From positions 186,001 to 250,000 of IMG/VR virus record IMGVR_UViG_3300028800_000001: a DNA stretch of 64,000 bases. One strand, written 5' to 3'. This document shows, in pieces, positions 61,717 through 64,000 of this stretch (position 1 is its first letter; every line of letters begins with the position of its first letter). Under the pieces are notes generated by a model. It saw only the letters and a program-made list of their open reading frames with translations. It was not told the DNA's origin and ran no database searches. The translations under genes and the position numbers were made by a program.

Positions 61717-63285
61717 ATGTTAGAAATTGTGACACAGGCAGAGGCCGCACGACTGATGAATACATCATCGGCAGCGATCAAGCATCTCATTGACAATGGA
61801 TACCTTGCAGGAGAAAAACAGGGAAAGAGTGTATTAATTAAATTAGAAGCACTCAAGACCTTGCTAGGGAGTCAAGCCTTGAACGACATTCAGCGCAAAG
61901 CACTGGAAAATGCCTTTCCTGATGCGGCTGCTTCCAAGAAGTATGCAAACTTTGTGCCCACATGGCAGCAAGCAGTGCCAGAGGCATCACCGCTACCAGA
62001 GCAAGCAAAGATCACCATCAGGCAAGAAAATGCCAAAGTAAAAACCGTGGAGGAAGGTGTTGCAACCCTCTGGCAGCAGTTTCTTGATGGTGATCTTATT
62101 CTTGATCCTGATTTCCAGCGAGAATTTGTGTGGGATCGCAAAAAGAGCAGTCTTTTTATTGATTCGCTTGTTTCTGGTTATCCCACACAATCACTCTACT
62201 TTTCTCGTGAGGCTGACAACCGGCGCATTGTGATTGATGGACGCCAGCGGCTCACAGCACTCTTCAACTACCTGAGTAAGGTGTGGAGTCCAGATGGCTC
62301 TGTCTTCCGTCTCTCACGTGATCTGGATGACAGTAGGTTGCGTGGACGTGCTTTTGATCAATTGGACGGCGTCACAGCGCGTGCCATTATGGGCGCATCA
62401 CTTGCGGTCTCAACGGTAGATGAGCCACTACGACCAGATATTAAGCGTATCATCTTTATGCGGCTCAATGATAAGCCAACGCCACTTGACCCACAGCAAT
62501 TCCGCAATGCCTTGTACTATGGGCCATTTATGCACTTTGTGCGTGATCTGACCAAATTTGAGAAGTTTCGTGAACTGGCACATCCTAGTCGTAAAACCAA
62601 AGAGTCACAATATCAGGAGATGATCTTGCGCTTCCTGGCACTGGACACGCATGATGTCAATTCGTTTCGTGGCTCACTGCGTGACCTCTTAGATGCCACT
62701 TGCCAAACCTATCAACATGAGAAGCAACAGGAGATTTATGATACCATGCGTGGCCGCTTTCAAGAGGCTGTCTTGCGCAATGAAGTGCTCTTTGGTGATC
62801 AGACCTTCACGCGCTTCAATCTGGGAAAGCGGCTGGTCAATCCCAATGGATTTTGGACAAGCAAATTTATTAACAAAAACATTTATGAACTCATGATGTG
62901 GGGCGTCTTGCGTATTCAGGAAGAAGAGTTTTTGCTGTACCGTGACTCTCTTCGAGAGAGCATACTGCATTTCTTTGCCACCAATCAAATGATCAAAATC
63001 CACCTGGAGGGTGGACACAGCAATGGTAAGAATGCAGCCGTCAAGGAACGCTTTGCTTTGTTTCAGGCACGCCTGAACGCCACACTACAACAGATGCGTG
63101 AGGTGAATGAACCATTTACGTATGAGTGGAAATGGAGCCAGTTTCATTTGACAGATCGTTGTGCTGTCTGCGACAAGCCAATCTTGGAGCGTGACGATTC
63201 AGCCGTCTATGAGCACAGTGATTACTGGGCAGAACGTCCAAAAGAAAAAGTGAACTTTGCGCACCGCTGTTGTGTCAACTACTAA
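61717..63285 (+). CDS. HTH + DUF262 + Cys/His tail, paralog of 56912-58447
   Basis: PDFQREFVW, VIDGRQRL, HPSRKTKE, FAHRCCV shared with paralog. Confidence 0.8.
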   Translation: MLEIVTQAEAARLMNTSSAAIKHLIDNGYLAGEKQGKSVLIKLEALKTLLGSQALNDIQRKALENAFPDAAASKKYANFVPTWQQAVPEASPLPEQAKITIRQENAKVKTVEEGVATLWQQFLDGDLILDPDFQREFVWDRKKSSLFIDSLVSGYPTQSLYFSREADNRRIVIDGRQRLTALFNYLSKVWSPDGSVFRLSRDLDDSRLRGRAFDQLDGVTARAIMGASLAVSTVDEPLRPDIKRIIFMRLNDKPTPLDPQQFRNALYYGPFMHFVRDLTKFEKFRELAHPSRKTKESQYQEMILRFLALDTHDVNSFRGSLRDLLDATCQTYQHEKQQEIYDTMRGRFQEAVLRNEVLFGDQTFTRFNLGKRLVNPNGFWTSKFINKNIYELMMWGVLRIQEEEFLLYRDSLRESILHFFATNQMIKIHLEGGHSNGKNAAVKERFALFQARLNATLQQMREVNEPFTYEWKWSQFHLTDRCAVCDKPILERDDSAVYEHSDYWAERPKEKVNFAHRCCVNY

Positions 63286-63501
63286 AAAACACGGGAATCT
63301 GGGAATCTGGGAATGATGATTCCCGCAAAAAAGGGAAAAGACGATGTGGAATCCATTTAAGAAGAAAAAAGAGAAACCATTTGTGCCCATTATTGAACGG
63401 GGGCTTATGCCTGGACGGTATCCAACGAAGGTACCACCACTCAAAGCCATCACGGGAACCGTTGGTCAGCCTCGTCCTAATCGACATCTTTTGGAGGACT
63501 A

Positions 63502-63888
63502 GTGGAACATCAGTTTGAGCCATATAAAGAGGTTTATTATCAGTGTGCGCGCTGTCACTTGATTGTGCGCACCACAAACTTTACAGGGGGCAATGCCTTT
63601 GTGCAGGAGCTTGCTGTGTGTCAGGAGCAGCCTGTCTATCAGACCATTCCGAAAGAGCTTGCCAATAAATCCTGGTTTACAAAGCAGGCGCTAGAAACCA
63701 CCGCAGAAATTGTGGGCTACTATGTCAATCCTACACATGTGCGACCTGCTTTTATTGGGCTCTATCCAAAGAACACAGCGCGCCCCAAAGCAAAGAAGCG
63801 TCCAACTGATGCAACCTATCGTCGTGCTGCACGTGCTGTTGGCATAGTGATTAAAGATGAGGAGAAGAAATCATGGGGAAAAAGCTAG
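63502..63888 (+). CDS. hypothetical protein with CxxC
   Basis: 128 aa, GGAGG RBS. Confidence 0.55.
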   Translation: MEHQFEPYKEVYYQCARCHLIVRTTNFTGGNAFVQELAVCQEQPVYQTIPKELANKSWFTKQALETTAEIVGYYVNPTHVRPAFIGLYPKNTARPKAKKRPTDATYRRAARAVGIVIKDEEKKSWGKS

Positions 63889-64000
63889 CCTTTCTTTTCC
63901 TGCTACTTCTTCTGCTTGCAGGGTGTGGAAGTGTGCAAGCATCTGCTTCACCAAAAGCCATCACATTTCCAAAGGACACACCACACTTTGCAGGGCCACT

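Noticed and set aside
1-64000. Alternative genetic code or suppressor tRNAs
   Set aside because: Conserved genes are intact under the standard code and end at all three stop codons; no CTA, TTA or TCA anticodon seen

Overview
This 64-kb window looks like part of a large tailed-phage or phage-plasmid genome. A Ktedonobacteria-like (Chloroflexota) host is only a weak inference. Genes run almost entirely on the minus strand from 1 to ~49.2 kb and mostly on the plus strand after ~54 kb, with a 1.9-kb TAATTA/GGTATC repeat array near the switch. (1) Head module, 4-16.4 kb: an intein-containing HK97-type portal fused to a MuF domain, followed by seven genes for predicted ADP-ribosyltransferase(-like) proteins. 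All seven carry His-rich N-terminal tags and five are followed by tiny ORFs (candidate immunity proteins); basic low-complexity proteins and a papain-like protease follow. (2) A Ro60/Rsr gene directly preceded by a tandem array of five Y-RNA-like units, separated by 3-nt UUC linkers, with different cargo domains. (3) A dispersed tRNA region, 20-30 kb, with about 10 canonical tRNAs, many non-canonical tRNA scaffolds carrying large inserts in the anticodon or D arm, and other structured RNAs. (4) Many small early-type ORFs driven by a repeated sigma70 promoter with a conserved upstream TTCTGAAAA box. (5) A ParA plus RHH partition pair, with a LAGLIDADG gene that duplicates the parA 5' end. (6) A globin, a minimal family-A-polymerase-like protein, and two HTH-DUF262 paralogs flanking a C5 DNA methyltransferase. 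All calls come from manual motif and base-pairing inspection; no database search was run.
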